Source of the DNA: Balanoglossus misakiensis | Taxonomy: Eukaryota > Animalia > Hemichordata | Length of the DNA: 64,000 bases | Assembly: GCA_040954595.2 (NCBI GenBank) | Contig: CM082577.2 | Location: forward strand, 18,140,303-18,204,302 | Reading direction: 5' to 3' | Shown here: positions 13,631-25,670 of the stretch, piece after piece | How the letters are laid out: the number at the start of each line of letters is the position of its first letter | Numbering within the stretch: position 1 is the stretch's first letter | Position numbers and translations under genes: made by a program | Notes under the pieces: model-generated | The model's database searches: none | What the model was told of the DNA's origin: nothing | Seen by the model: only the letters and a program-made list of their open reading frames with translations

Positions 13631-14322
13631 GTGAGCCTAAAATTGTGCCTTTTATTTTGGTGCCATTGTGCTCACTGACCAATAGACAGTCACTGTACAG
13701 GACTATTGCACAGACCAGAATTCCACAATAAGACATAGACATAGCTTAACCATAGAGGTATAATTAAAGGTATAAATTTAATAAAAAAAATAATATAAAA
13801 AAATCGGTCGATTTTTCATATCATTTTTTTTCGCTTAAAATTATTGACAAATGCTAGGCTAGCTGCACACCAAAGTTGGAGATGATCGGCCTAACAGATT
13901 TTGAGATATGTATGCATATTTATCCAAAATACGATGTGGTCATAGCTTTACTATGTAAAGTATAGGCACATGGCTTGGGCGAAAAATATGAAAAATAATA
14001 CTTAAAAATCTTCTTCTCAAAAGTGACATGGCCTTTGGCCTTGACATTTGGCATGTAGAACCCTGGCCATATGGCCCACAAAGTATCTTAACAGAATTTT
14101 GATATCTCCATTCATATGCAAATTAGGTCGATTTGAAAACTTTGCCCATATATGGTCATCAGGTCACGTGACTTATTAAACATTCACAAGGGTACTGCAC
14201 TAGCTCTCATTGGCCTGCACCATTGTGCCAAATGTGAGATTTGTAGGTTCAGCCGTTTTCAAGATCTAGCTGGACAAAAAAATGACACAAGAAGAAGAAG
14301 AAGAAGAAGAAGAAGTAGAAGA

Positions 14323-14774
14323 AAAACCCCAGTAATACCAATAGGGCCCAAGCCTGCTGGGCTTGGGCCCTAAAAACCCCAACGAAACCAATAGGGCCCA
14401 AGCGCTTGCGTGCGCTTGGGCCCTAAAGAAAGACTGAAAAATTCCAACGAAACCAATAGGGCCCAAGCGCTGCAGGCGCTTGGACCCCTAAAAACCCCAA
14501 CGAAACCAATAGGGGCCCAAGCCTGGCTTGGCTTGGGCCCTAAAAATTCCAACGAAACCAATAGGGGCCAAGCGCTGCAGGCGCTTGGACCCCTAAAAAC
14601 CCCAACGAAACCAATAGGGGCCCAAGCCTGGCTTGGCTTGGGCCCTAAAAATTCCAACGAAACCAATAGGGGCCAAGCGCTGCAGGCGCTTGGACCCCTA
14701 AAAACCCCAACGAAACCAATAAATATGCCAACAATACCAATAGGGGCACAAGCCCGATAGGCTTGTGCCCCTAA
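14323..14774 (+). repeat. Stack of eight ~52-bp HINE 3' termini, each with a GC-rich hairpin
   Basis: Units of the form AAAA(C/T)(C/T)CCAACGAAACCAATAGGG(G)CCCAAGC-loop-GCTTGG(G/A)CCC. Units 3-7 alternate between two variants (~105-bp dimer). Confidence 0.9.
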
Positions 14775-16698
14775 TTACGATAGTATTTCGCGATGTACAG
14801 CATGGATATGAAGATAAACAATGAGCAAATAGTGATACATATGATCGTTTTTTTTATGATGCAACTACATCTACCCATAATCGATTTGACATTGGTTCAG
14901 CCTTGCTGCATTTGTTAGAAGTGCCTTCACCCATGCATGTTCGAGACCCAAGTGGAATGAGCGGAATCATTTTGGTTTTACACAGCATCTACGAAAGAAC
15001 GCAGTCGGTGACAATATTCTTTGCAACACTTCACCCCAAAGCAATATCCTCATAATACGACGAGAGACTGAACTGATTAAGATAGATTGCTATGTCCTTG
15101 ACAACGTATTTTAATCGAACATTTTTTGCACAAATAATCATTTTCCACTTACGCAGACAATGGGAAGCCATTACATGAATTATATTTTCGTATCATTAAC
15201 ATCTGCAGTAGTGGAAATGTTTGCCACAATTGTTAAACGACAACCTGGTTTATAAACGCCAAGCAACAATTGAACTATCATTTTTTGTCATAAGTTTGCG
15301 ATATAAATCATTTCACGACAATTAGAAATGTTCCAAGAGGGCGGTTTTGATGTACTTCTTGTTGATTGTGTGAATATTTGGTGGACTTTTGATCATGTAT
15401 ATTTCCAGTCAAAATGACCAAAGTGAGAAACTGAAAATTAGAGACACAAATTGGCATACACTCCCCTGTTAACACCATTTTCAAAAATAGAAAACAGGCT
15501 TCCAACGTCTGTTATATTATTGAAGAGTGATCACCCTTGAACACTACAAAAGGGATAAGTTTAGATGCAACAAGATATATTTTAATAAAATTGTGAATGA
15601 AATTATCATGCAAACTTCACAAAGTACCCTTATTAGATGATAACATTCGGAATAAAGTTAAGTTTCTACTTTAAATTAATCTCTCGAAATAAGTTCGGAA
15701 AAAAACTAACAGCAGTAGAAGCAGACCTTTCGCATTAGCAACGAACAGTAGAAACAGACCTTTTGCATTAGCAACGAAACCTTCTTCATCTGAAAAAACA
15801 CTGCAGATGATACGCAGGGCAACACGTAACATATCCTTTGTGACGTACTTTGTCAGAAAGACGGGTTGCTAGGAATAAGACGGTGTTTCTTGGCTTCATC
15901 ATCTACATGCAATGAACCTGTAAATGTCATTTCAACTTTATTAACTGATACAAGATCTCCTTATCAGTTCATTGCACTCTTTTCCTTCTGGACATACATG
16001 TACAGATGACATTCTAATTTGCCCTGATTTTACAATGTGTGTTGCCCCTAGCAGTATCATGCAGGATTAGTATCAGTTTAAAGGTCTACGCTATCATTTA
16101 TACTATGAACTCTTTTCGGTGCAGAACAACAAGACTATATAATCTATGTTCTACCGCAACATATAATGTCTGTGATCGAAATAGCGATCATATCAGCATG
16201 AACTAACACAAGCACACAAATATAAATTAACGATTGAGTCAATCAAAATGACAATTCAATCATGAAATCGCTACTGTCAAAATTAACTTTTGGTGATAAA
16301 AATGCAAAGTCGATAATTCAACACTTTATCTCACTGATGGTTCACAGTTGTGATGTCACTCATAATTATAAGTTACCAGTTGTTTGGGTCTGGTGCTGTT
16401 CATGCGTCAATTTAGTGATCGACGGGCTTCTTATAGATAGTATCTCCATATAAATTCCTGCATACCTTGATTCATCGCTGATGTTTTGTGTGTCCCAGTA
16501 GAAATTAATCTCTTTTGAAATCAAGAACATCTGAAATTTACAACATTAATGATATTCTCATCAAGCAGATTTGGTAAAGAATGTCAACGGAAGCGGAAGT
16601 TCCATCGAACTTCTCGGAGAGAAATGTATCAATATAAACGATATATCTGAGGAATTAACAATTAAGCTCTAACATCTTTGGAAAGATGGGAAAGTTTA

Positions 16699-17366
16699 AA
16701 CAAGTGACCTATCGGTTAAATGAGCTCTGCTGACTTTAACAGTGAAACCTATAGCTGGGCAATGATATGAATACCCTAGGTTTTAATCATAACAATTGTA
16801 TTCTATTAAACAAAACCAAACATAGACATCACAAGTATTCAATATCCAAATTCAGCTTGATTCATTGTGCTAAAGAAAGAAAGAAAGAAAGAAAGAATTG
16901 ATTCCTAAAGAACCACATCAAAAGGAAGCACCAAGGTTCTAATTTGCATATTCATGACCCGATCATATCCAAATTAACAAAATCAGGTAGGGACACCATA
17001 ACAGACATTCCTACCAAATTTCAGCCCCATCGTACATGTAGTTAGGGAGAAGAAAATTTTTGACCAAAACTTCTATTTTTAGATCTAATTTGCATATTTA
17101 TGACCCCATCATATCCAAAGTAACAAAATCAGCTCCATTGTACATGTAGTTGTGGAGAAGAAGATTTTTACCAAAACTTCTATTTTTAGATCTAATTTGC
17201 ATATTCATGACCCCATCAAATCCAACCAAATTTCAGCTAAATATGCCAAGTTGTTTTTAAGAAGAAGATTGAAAAACCAAAAGTTGACGGACGACGGACG
17301 GACGGACGGACACTTATCAACCTACTGCTACAGCTCGGCTGACACAATTGACAGCAGAGCTAAAAA
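16699..17366 (+). mobile_element. HINE-like Helentron-associated element
   Basis: Starts AACAAG with subTIR AGCTCTGCTG. Has internal direct repeats, a (GACG)n microsatellite near 17286-17311, and a terminal hairpin AGCTCGGCTG...CAGCAGAGCT followed by an A-run. Confidence 0.75.
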
Positions 17367-17430
17367 CAGTTGTCTTATTGAATACCCATTCCGGCTCACC
17401 AAAGTTTCAAATATTCCCTTACCATTAACA

Positions 17431-17874
17431 TAGACTGTCGACAGTCCCTCGCGCCTAATGTGTATCGATACGGCGTTTCGTGCGAGGGCCGAAGGCCCGA
17501 TTCGGCGTTTTGTGGTGCGAGGGCCGTAAGGCCCGAGGGACTGTTATAGCTTGCAAGCCTTGCCTTGATATTAATTATGCATGCAGAAAATGACGTAGTA
17601 AAATTTGCATATAGGGGCGTAAATTAAGGTCACCGTGTTCATGAGTTTATGACGTATTAACTGTCAATCATTTTACAGGGGCATTTTCCCACAGTGCCCG
17701 TGTGAGGGCGAAACAAGGTATAACAGTCCCTCGGGCCACGCCCTCGGGCCTTACGGCCATCGCACCACGAAACGCCGAATCGGGCCTTCGGCCCTCAAAA
17801 GATACGGGCCTTACGGGCCTCGCACGAAACGCCGAATCGATACACATTAGGCGCGAGGGACAGTCGACAGTCTA
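17431..17874. mobile_element. hAT-type MITE
   Basis: TIRs TAGACTGTCGACAGTCCCTCGCGCCTAATGTGTATCGAT and ATCGATACACATTAGGCGCGAGGGACAGTCGACAGTCTA. Perfect 8-bp TSD CATTAACA (17423-17430, 17875-17882). Confidence 0.88.
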
Positions 17875-19615
17875 CATTAACATTTTGACGTCCTCTTTGG
17901 TCAAAATGTTAATCCGGGAAACACAGGTAACATTGAGATAGCAATCAATGTAATCCCATTACAATATCTTGAGGTTATAACGAAAATACCACAAAGTATG
18001 CACGAGGACTTTAGCACCGCGTATCGCCCGACGCGGTATTTTTGTAATAAACCTTATTATTATCCATCTAACATCTCGGTTAGTTGACACACTCACAAAA
18101 TGTTCTTCAATGCCTGAAAGTGTCCCTACAAATTGAAGATACCTTTACTGAAGGAACACATATTCAGACGGGTTGCATAGTTTGATTATACGTATTTTCA
18201 GACGACAGATTTCCATCACACAGTCGAGAGCAGTCTGGGAAGGAGTAAACTACCTCTAAAGAAGACCGAGAATGTAATTGACATAGAGGGACCCTTGTCA
18301 AATAATTACGTTACTCACATCTAAGCCGGATTTTGACTATACTTATAAACGACACTAGGCTTTAAGGCATCGTGACAGCCGTCAAATTTATGTTGTCTAA
18401 GAATCTGTAAATTTGTGAAATTCCCTTAACTGGTTTTGTATCAGTGTTATACTACTAAGTGACATCACATGCTAGTAACTACTCAACAGTGTGGTGAAAA
18501 ATGTCATAACAACAAGTGTTGCTGATAATTCTGAATTTACAACAGCCATACCCAATCAATTCAATCAGTGGTAATATTTCGCAGACCGAACAAAATATCA
18601 CGACGAACCCAAGTTTCATGTCAGAGATATTAGGCTATCTTTAAATCTGAATGCTACCAAGTCAAAGAAGGCGCAAAATGTAACTGCTGCAATGTACGTG
18701 AATTAAATGGCCAATTCATGAATTTGCGCACAAGAATTCCATTTCAAACAAATATGGCCATACATAAAACACATTACAAACAAATAAATACTCCGGCATT
18801 ATTATTATTATTATTATAATACTCCGGCATTGAAAACCACCGCGGCACAAATAAAGCAGAATGTACTTTTTAAAATTGATTCTGGCAATATTCAACGTAG
18901 TTTCATACGGTTAAACTCATAATTAGCGATCACCAACCGTGGGTTATGATGGACACATTTGAACTGTTTTGAATTTAACGAACCTCCTCGATACTGGTGC
19001 GAGATAAAAACGCAGGCACACGTGCAGTTATGTGGGAAATGGTGTATATGTTTTAACGATGTCAAATATAACATACGACTGGGTTCCGCCTATGCGCATC
19101 CCTTTACAAAGTCTAGCAAAATCACTTTGCAGAGGATGTTATACGTTGTCTACTTACCCCTGAAGATGACACTATAAATCCATCGTACGAGAACACATTA
19201 ATTGTCAGCAGAACTGAGGCTACCAAAGGGATGATACACAGCAGCAAGCAGTACCACAGTGGCTGTCACTCAATTGCACTCACAGAGGCAAATGATCTTT
19301 GGGCTTCAGTATGCTCCATGCCTTTTGATGTTTGAAAATAAATTATGCCGGGGTTGCACACTCTATGCATGTGCCTAAGATCTTGTCTATAGGTAAATAA
19401 AGGTCACTTCGATAGCCCTTGTCATTAAATCCACGCTTAATGATGGGGCGTTCTTATCATACTGTGATAAATGCTGTTCTTTTGACTGTTTCTACGTCAA
19501 ACTATCCGTCGCAAATGGAACACCAATGGGTGCGATCCTTATGGCGCACAAACTGACTAGATAATGCAGTACTTTGAAACATACGAGCGGGTTTAATTGT
19601 ACCGTCACATTAACG

Positions 19616-19670
19616 GTTTCCATGGCAACTTTCTAATGGAGTTATCATGTACCCGCAAATGTCACGTGAC
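19616..19670. promoter_or_regulatory. Candidate cis-regulatory motif pair: RFX X-box and palindromic E-box/CLEAR
   Basis: GTTTCCATGGCAAC (19616-19629) and GTCACGTGAC (19661-19670) in apparently unique sequence. Motif match only. Confidence 0.3.
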
Positions 19671-19877
19671 GTTTGAAAGAAGAGGTCAGAGAGAATAGAA
19701 ATGGAGTTGAGGGTTAGACTAGAGTACTTAATGATATCACCAGTGAATGTTTAGGCCATACTGTAATGGTAACATGAAACAGAACAAATTCTTCATTGGG
19801 CTACATAGTATACACGTTGTGAAGCTGACGAAGGTGTGAAGCTGACGTTGGTCTGACATGCGAGATCGTGGACTAGT

Positions 19878-19930
19878 CACACACACACACACACACACAC
19901 GCACTCACTCACACACACACACACACACGC
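19878..19930 (+). repeat. (CA)n microsatellite, interrupted
   Basis: Direct reading of the sequence. Confidence 0.95.
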
Positions 19931-19932
19931 AC

Positions 19933-20247
19933 GAAAATAAAACATATTTGAGACCGACCCTTAAACAAAATAAACCAGTCGAAGTATACTAAAGTAGAGC
20001 GGAATATAAATTAAGATTAACTGGAGAAAGGATAAGCGGTGTAATCTCTATAGCGCTGTTTCGTGAGTCACTGGAGTCACTCATCAAGAGACTTGACAGC
20101 TATACCCTTACTTTATATTCCGCTCTACCCTTAATAGTATCGAGTACTTTGTATCGGACCAGTCGAACCGCATACTTCGAGGGATATATATATATGAAAA
20201 AAATAATATTGACGAATTAGGGTCGGTCGCAAATATGTTTTATTTCC
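19933..20247. mobile_element. Small element with nested inverted repeats (MITE-like)
   Basis: Outer IR AAATAAAACATATTTGAGACCGACCCT / AGGGTCGGTCGCAAATATGTTTTATTT. Inner perfect 17-bp IR GTAGAGCGGAATATAAA / TTTATATTCCGCTCTAC. TSD not identified. Confidence 0.6.
20049..20104 (-). ncRNA. Degenerate type III hammerhead ribozyme-like motif
   Basis: Minus strand reads UAUAGCUGUC-AAGUCUC-UUGAUGA-GUGA...UCAC-GAAACAGCGCUAUA. It has a GUC site, core UGAUGA and GAAA, and paired stems II and III. The C3 position and stem I are defective. Confidence 0.45.
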
Positions 20248-23200
20248 TTGCAAAATTAAGGTTAGATCTTAAAAACAAATAAACTCTCATTTTTCAGTGA
20301 TCATGGACTTAAATGATTAAACTTGTTAAATATGAAAGTAGTTACCGCCCCAATTACGGGGCTATCCCGTGGATTTCTTCATTACATTTTGGCAAGTAAT
20401 AATTATGATTTTCACTCTTTATAACTGACTTGTTTGGAACCTACACACTCCCCACAACACCCTCTTAGGCACCAGATCACGTAAAACCGGACAAAACTTC
20501 AACCGTAAAAGAGGTAGTCACGTGTTACCGAATAAGATGTAACAATTCAATAACGTCACCCAATGCCTGGTACATAGTGTGACGGAGTCCATTACATAAA
20601 GTCACAAACATACGTGCACACATAAGCCTAATTTACAAGCACACATCAGTAATCGTAAGCAATGACAGACGCTTTCTAATGCGCTACCAGTCTTAAAGAA
20701 GAGAGTAGCAATTAACATTGTCTTGACTCCGTCTCTAGAAACCTTCATTCATGGATACATGGTTCCTGTTTCTTTCGCATGTCCTAGTATAATTGTGACT
20801 CAGAATTAACGCGCTTTCAATGAAGACATTATCAACATCCAACGACCCAGTAATATTTCTGCTCAAATCCTAGTGATTCGTAAAATTCTCTAAAAGAGTA
20901 TATTTGAAAACATTCTGTGAAGAGAATATGAGGCACTGATTTGCTGGCGAAACCCTACTTTTCAGCCATAATTATGTATGCAGTTATATTTCAGGGCTAG
21001 TCGAACACATTTTATATACGTGACTGAAAATGTAATAGGAACGCTATCGACGGAAACCTTAGGTCACTGGTATAATATTTCAACAACTACGGTTTCATAC
21101 ACAGCTAATTTGAGAAAAAACATTATCTTCAGTTTCCTTATGGCGGTTTTGACCATCAGATAACGCTACAACCCCTCTGCCGATATTGATTGAATCCTAA
21201 TTAAGGTAAATACCCTGGATAAGTTCAATCGGTCATAATGTCGCCACGTTGTCTGTTGTCTGCTAATAAGGAATTGAACAGCTAAAGGGCACAGCGACAG
21301 CTGTATTGATTAAGCCTTGTGTGGCTCTAGGGGTTTGAAAGGGGAAAGTACACTAGTCAACGAAACGGGGGGGGGGGGGGATTCTGTAGTCTTTGTATTC
21401 TCAGTGGTGAAATGCTTAAACATTTGTTCGACCATTTGCGACTAAAATCTGAAGAGGTGTAACCGGTATCATAGATCAACAACAGAAAACTATATGTTAC
21501 ATAAATAAAAGGCATATGAATACAAGAGAAATTGTGTCAATTACATTTGTACATCATGTTACCAGATGTATATATTATGAAGTATCATTGCATTCAGTCG
21601 AGTGTATTTTCAAGAAGATTGCAGTGGCAATAACATCAAAAACATTCAACACACTTGTCGTATAAATCCGGAACTGTGTTGGAGAAGGACTGCCAAATGA
21701 CGAATATGTTCCTCGTTGTTTTATTTAAAAACACAACACCTTAACACAAATTCTTACTTAAACGTAGGTCACATGTCACATAAAACGCTCCACTGTCAAT
21801 TTTCCATAATCGCATATCTAATAAAATGTGTGAAAATTTGAATCCCATTTCTTCTGCGATAAATTCTAAAGCCATTTGTTTATTCACTATTATAGTCATT
21901 TGAAGAGTAAAGATTGGTGTATTCGGAAATTAGTTCCCATCAGTTATCTCAGAAAGGTCAAACCTGAATACTGATGATTACATCTATTTGCAGTAGGCAA
22001 TACACACCAAATATTGCCTACGTCGGCTTGCTGTACTTCGGTATACATAACACATTTAGGAATCAAAGGTTCATTTCACTAGGTAAGTCAAAATTCAATT
22101 ATGTTGGCAACGGGTTCAACTAACCTACCTCTACGTCAGTTAACATGATACATTTGTGACATTCAATTACCATTTCATTAGCCGACATCGAACCGTGTCT
22201 TGTATACCACTGACGGAACAATAACATAAGTAAACTCAATTTATCGAGTATGCTGATAAGCAACCCTGGCGACGTGTGGTACACTCAACAAAATTCTCAC
22301 GCGATTTTTTTCTTACCATAAAGAGAATAGATACTTACGTTTTGAGTTCTGTTTTGATGCAACGCTAACTCTTATAAACAAAGTCCAAATGCATACTAAA
22401 TTTTCTGTTAGGCGACTATGTAGCAAAGTTTTATGTTGAAATATTTTATGTCATTTAACATTTTTACAAATAGTTTCTACAATAGAAGACGTAAAACGGC
22501 AGTGATAGTTGGTTGTCATAGTTACCAACACACTTAGTGAGATTAAATCGATCATGATTTGCCTTTTTTTCTATGAGTAGTGTTCAATATATCACCAGCG
22601 GTAATGGTAGATATCTGCGCTGGACTATTTCCTTGTTGGCATCATTAACTCATTTCTCTTTTTTGTTTGTTTCACAAAAGAATTCTACATTGAAATTAGT
22701 GTTCGGCCAAAACTTGTTTAATTAATCAGTAGTATTTTTTCGTGCCGTACATGATTGTAATGGATATGAGTAACAGATATGGCAAGAACATCAGAAAGTT
22801 TATTCTTGATGATGTACAGCCTGTGTATAATATGCGAAATACTGATTGGCCTCATGTAGTAATACTCTTATTTCAACTTGCACGTTTTGAGCAGGGATAC
22901 AGAATTTTGCAACTTAGGGCCTACTTCCTGCAGTTAATTGTATCAATATTTAAATAGGTAATTTTCAAAAGTAGAATGTCTGAAATTGTCTTTAAGAGTT
23001 AATCATATTTTCCCTTTGGATTTGTGTCTTTATGTAAATCATTTAACTCTGACACTTGATCTTGATTTTAAAAAAATTCTCAGGCTGTTATAACAGTGCG
23101 ATGGACAATACAAATAGCTGTAGAAATTAAGTTAGCCTCAATTCCTGAACAGAATGAATTAAAATCATTGATATTTCACAGATATGAATGCCCAACCGTA

Positions 23201-23290
23201 CGTATATTAGTTTGTCATCATTTGAGACTATACGTTTTATAGTGATGAACTAATTCGGCAATCCGACTACTCAATCCGAGACTGTCTTAA

Positions 23291-23730
23291 ACCCCGGTGC
23301 GGGGTATAAAAGACCCCCCAAATCAGTGGCGAATCTTAATGCCGTTTGACTGACAACAGACAACACCAACGATCTTGGCTCTATGAAAATCGGCCCAAAC
23401 AGGTCCAAGCATACAGAATTACACCACACAACGACAGTAGTTGGCTTTATAAACACACACAACATAAAGTTATCGACGAAAAAGTACACGAGCTTGTGAA
23501 ACAACGATGATTTGGGGAGAAATCTGGTTTCAGTGCTTTTCAGAAGCGTCCCTGGGAAGCAATAAGCACGCCATTCAAACAGCTGTCAATCGCGTGGAAG
23601 TGTAAAGTGTTCAATTTTTTTCTATGTACATGATATCAATTACACAGTCATTATGCACGACGACCACTCCCAAATAAACAACTATACAAACACACGTTAA
23701 TCCGAACCCCGGTACTTTCCGCACCGGGGT
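23291..23730. mobile_element. MITE with TTAA target duplication (piggyBac or Kolobok type)
   Basis: TIR ACCCCGGTGCGG / CCGCACCGGGGT flanked by TTAA at 23287-23290 and 23731-23734. Confidence 0.7.
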
Positions 23731-24197
23731 TTAAGGTTGTGTCTGATGTTTTAAACAACTTTTTATGTAAATTAAAATCTCTTCGTAAATGTGTAATACC
23801 CTTGTTTTGTCACTGTTGTCCATTTTAATGGTTCATGTCTATAATGTTGACGGACAAGATTCACATTTACATTAATAAAGTTTAATAATAACCGGCTTAG
23901 TTCACTAATAATACCTGTATACCTAAGTGCATATTTCCAAATTCTAGTACATATCTATAAAACCTTATCTTCTAGGGCAAGTGAGAAATCAAACGATCGA
24001 ATGATTTAGAGCTACTTTACCAGAAACACTCTTCTGTAAGACCAAAAACGAAAACCCCAAAATCAACGACAGCTTTTATCTTAATATTTAGAAGTTGCAT
24101 TTAAATTTACTGTTAGTAACAACGGCGAAACTTAAGTAACGGTTACATTTCAGGTAAAGTCATGGAAAAAAATTATATTTATTGAAAACCATTTTAG

Positions 24198-24278
24198 TTT
24201 TTTAGGTCCCATTGGTTTATACCATGGGACCTTATGGGATCGGTTGCGTCTGTCTGTCTGTCTATCTGTGTGTGTGTA

Positions 24279-24312
<34 letters not shown>

Positions 24313-25670
24313 CACATCAAAAACTTGAAAACCGCTGAGCGTATAACCTCGATATTCGGTGTGTAGATGCAGGCCAGGCTGTAGATGGGAGTTTGTTCAA
24401 ATGAAGTTGCCATTGCCAAAATATGCAAATTAGCTGGGAAAATGTGAAATTGGTCAAAACTCAAAAACTCGACAACCACTGGTCAGAGTGATTTGAAAAT
24501 TGGTATGCATGTACCTTATGTCTACCTCAAACAGTCCTGTATGTTTTGAGCTAATATTATCGATTTTCTATTTTTTATGCATTTTTTGTATTTTTCCACA
24601 TTATTGGTAAAAAAAATAGTCATTTCTGAAAGTGATAGGCCTACTTCTTTGAAATTTAGTATGAAGCTTCCTATAGGTTGTCTGAGTAACCATTGTTTTG
24701 TTCTATTTGTTGCAAAATTTGCATATTAATGATTTTGCCATTTTTGGTCAAACATTTGTTTCTTGAAAACCGCATGCCAGATTGCTTTGCAATTTGGTAG
24801 GCATGTTCCTAGGGGTAACCTTAGTAATATGTTGTTAAAAAAATGTGATATTTGCATAAATGTGTTATTGGGGAAATATTTTCCATTTTTTGTCAAAAAT
24901 TGTTTTATCTGAACTGCTTGCCACATTGCATTGAACTTTGGCAGGCATGTTCCTCGTAGTGATTGAAGTAAGATACTATACAATTTTGGTTATATTTGCA
25001 TATTTGTGTTTTTGCCACTTTTGAACAAAAAATTTCTGTGAAACTGCTTGTTGGATTGCTTTGAAATTTGTTTTTTTTCTCTGATTGCATTGAAATTTTG
25101 GATACAATTACATAACACATACATGTTTATGTGCAACTTTTATTCAATTCTGATATCAGAAATATTCAATATTTAGTGATTTGTTTGTAAGTTTCTTTGT
25201 GTTTGGTTAGCAAATCTTCTCTTAAACCAATTGTCCAGTTGTTTTGAAAGTTACTGTTTACAAGGAGTTGTTACTCCCAACTTGGACATGTTTACATAAC
25301 TTTAATAGGCCAGCTGTTACAGAGACCACCAGCTATTAAATTTTTAATTACCAGCGGCAGGTCAGTAAGCGTCTCTGTCTGTCTGTCTGTTACTCTGTCT
25401 GTTCCAGGGCTGACTGAAAGAAGTTGCTTGTCATATATGTTTGCACAGACAATTTTGGGTCAAAAATAATTTTTTCTAGCACCACTTGTAAGACTGCCAT
25501 GACACATGACAGTTTATCGGGCCTGTTCCTTGTTAATTTTTTTACATTCCATATTTCTATATTATTAGATCATATCTGCTTGCAATGTCACCTGTAATTT
25601 TTATTCTGGTGTATCCCTATTTCTGCGTAATCCTCAAATGGGACCACAGTGTCCTTGACGCTTTTGTTTT
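24198..25670 (-). mobile_element. HINE-like Helentron-associated element, apparently complete
   Basis: T-run plus hairpin AGGTCCCATTGGT...ACCATGGGACCT, adjacent (GTCT)/(GT)/(GTAT) microsatellite, subTIR ATGGGACC near the far end, terminal TTGTT. A second copy lies in the opposite orientation at 43166-44173. Confidence 0.8.

Larger units (their letters stand above)
2115..14774 (+). mobile_element. Nested cluster of Helentron-associated non-autonomous elements (HINE-like)
   Basis: Six related 5' heads (A/T)AGCT(G/A)CAAGCAGC...GGG(C/T)(C/A)CAAG at ~2115, 3318, 4494, 5915, 11088, 12510. Shared internal modules (AGGTCAAAGGTCA, CCAATATGGCCGCC). A-rich or (AAG)/(AAAG) microsatellites precede each later head. 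Terminal hairpins at 14343-14772 have arms matching the head subTIRs. The + strand is a convention (head to hairpin). Confidence 0.75.

Noticed and set aside
14323-14774. CRISPR-like array (palindromic repeats with variable inserts)
   Set aside because: The variable parts are only short hairpin loops of a few bases, and they recur. There are no cas genes, and the arms match the subTIRs of the upstream HINE heads.
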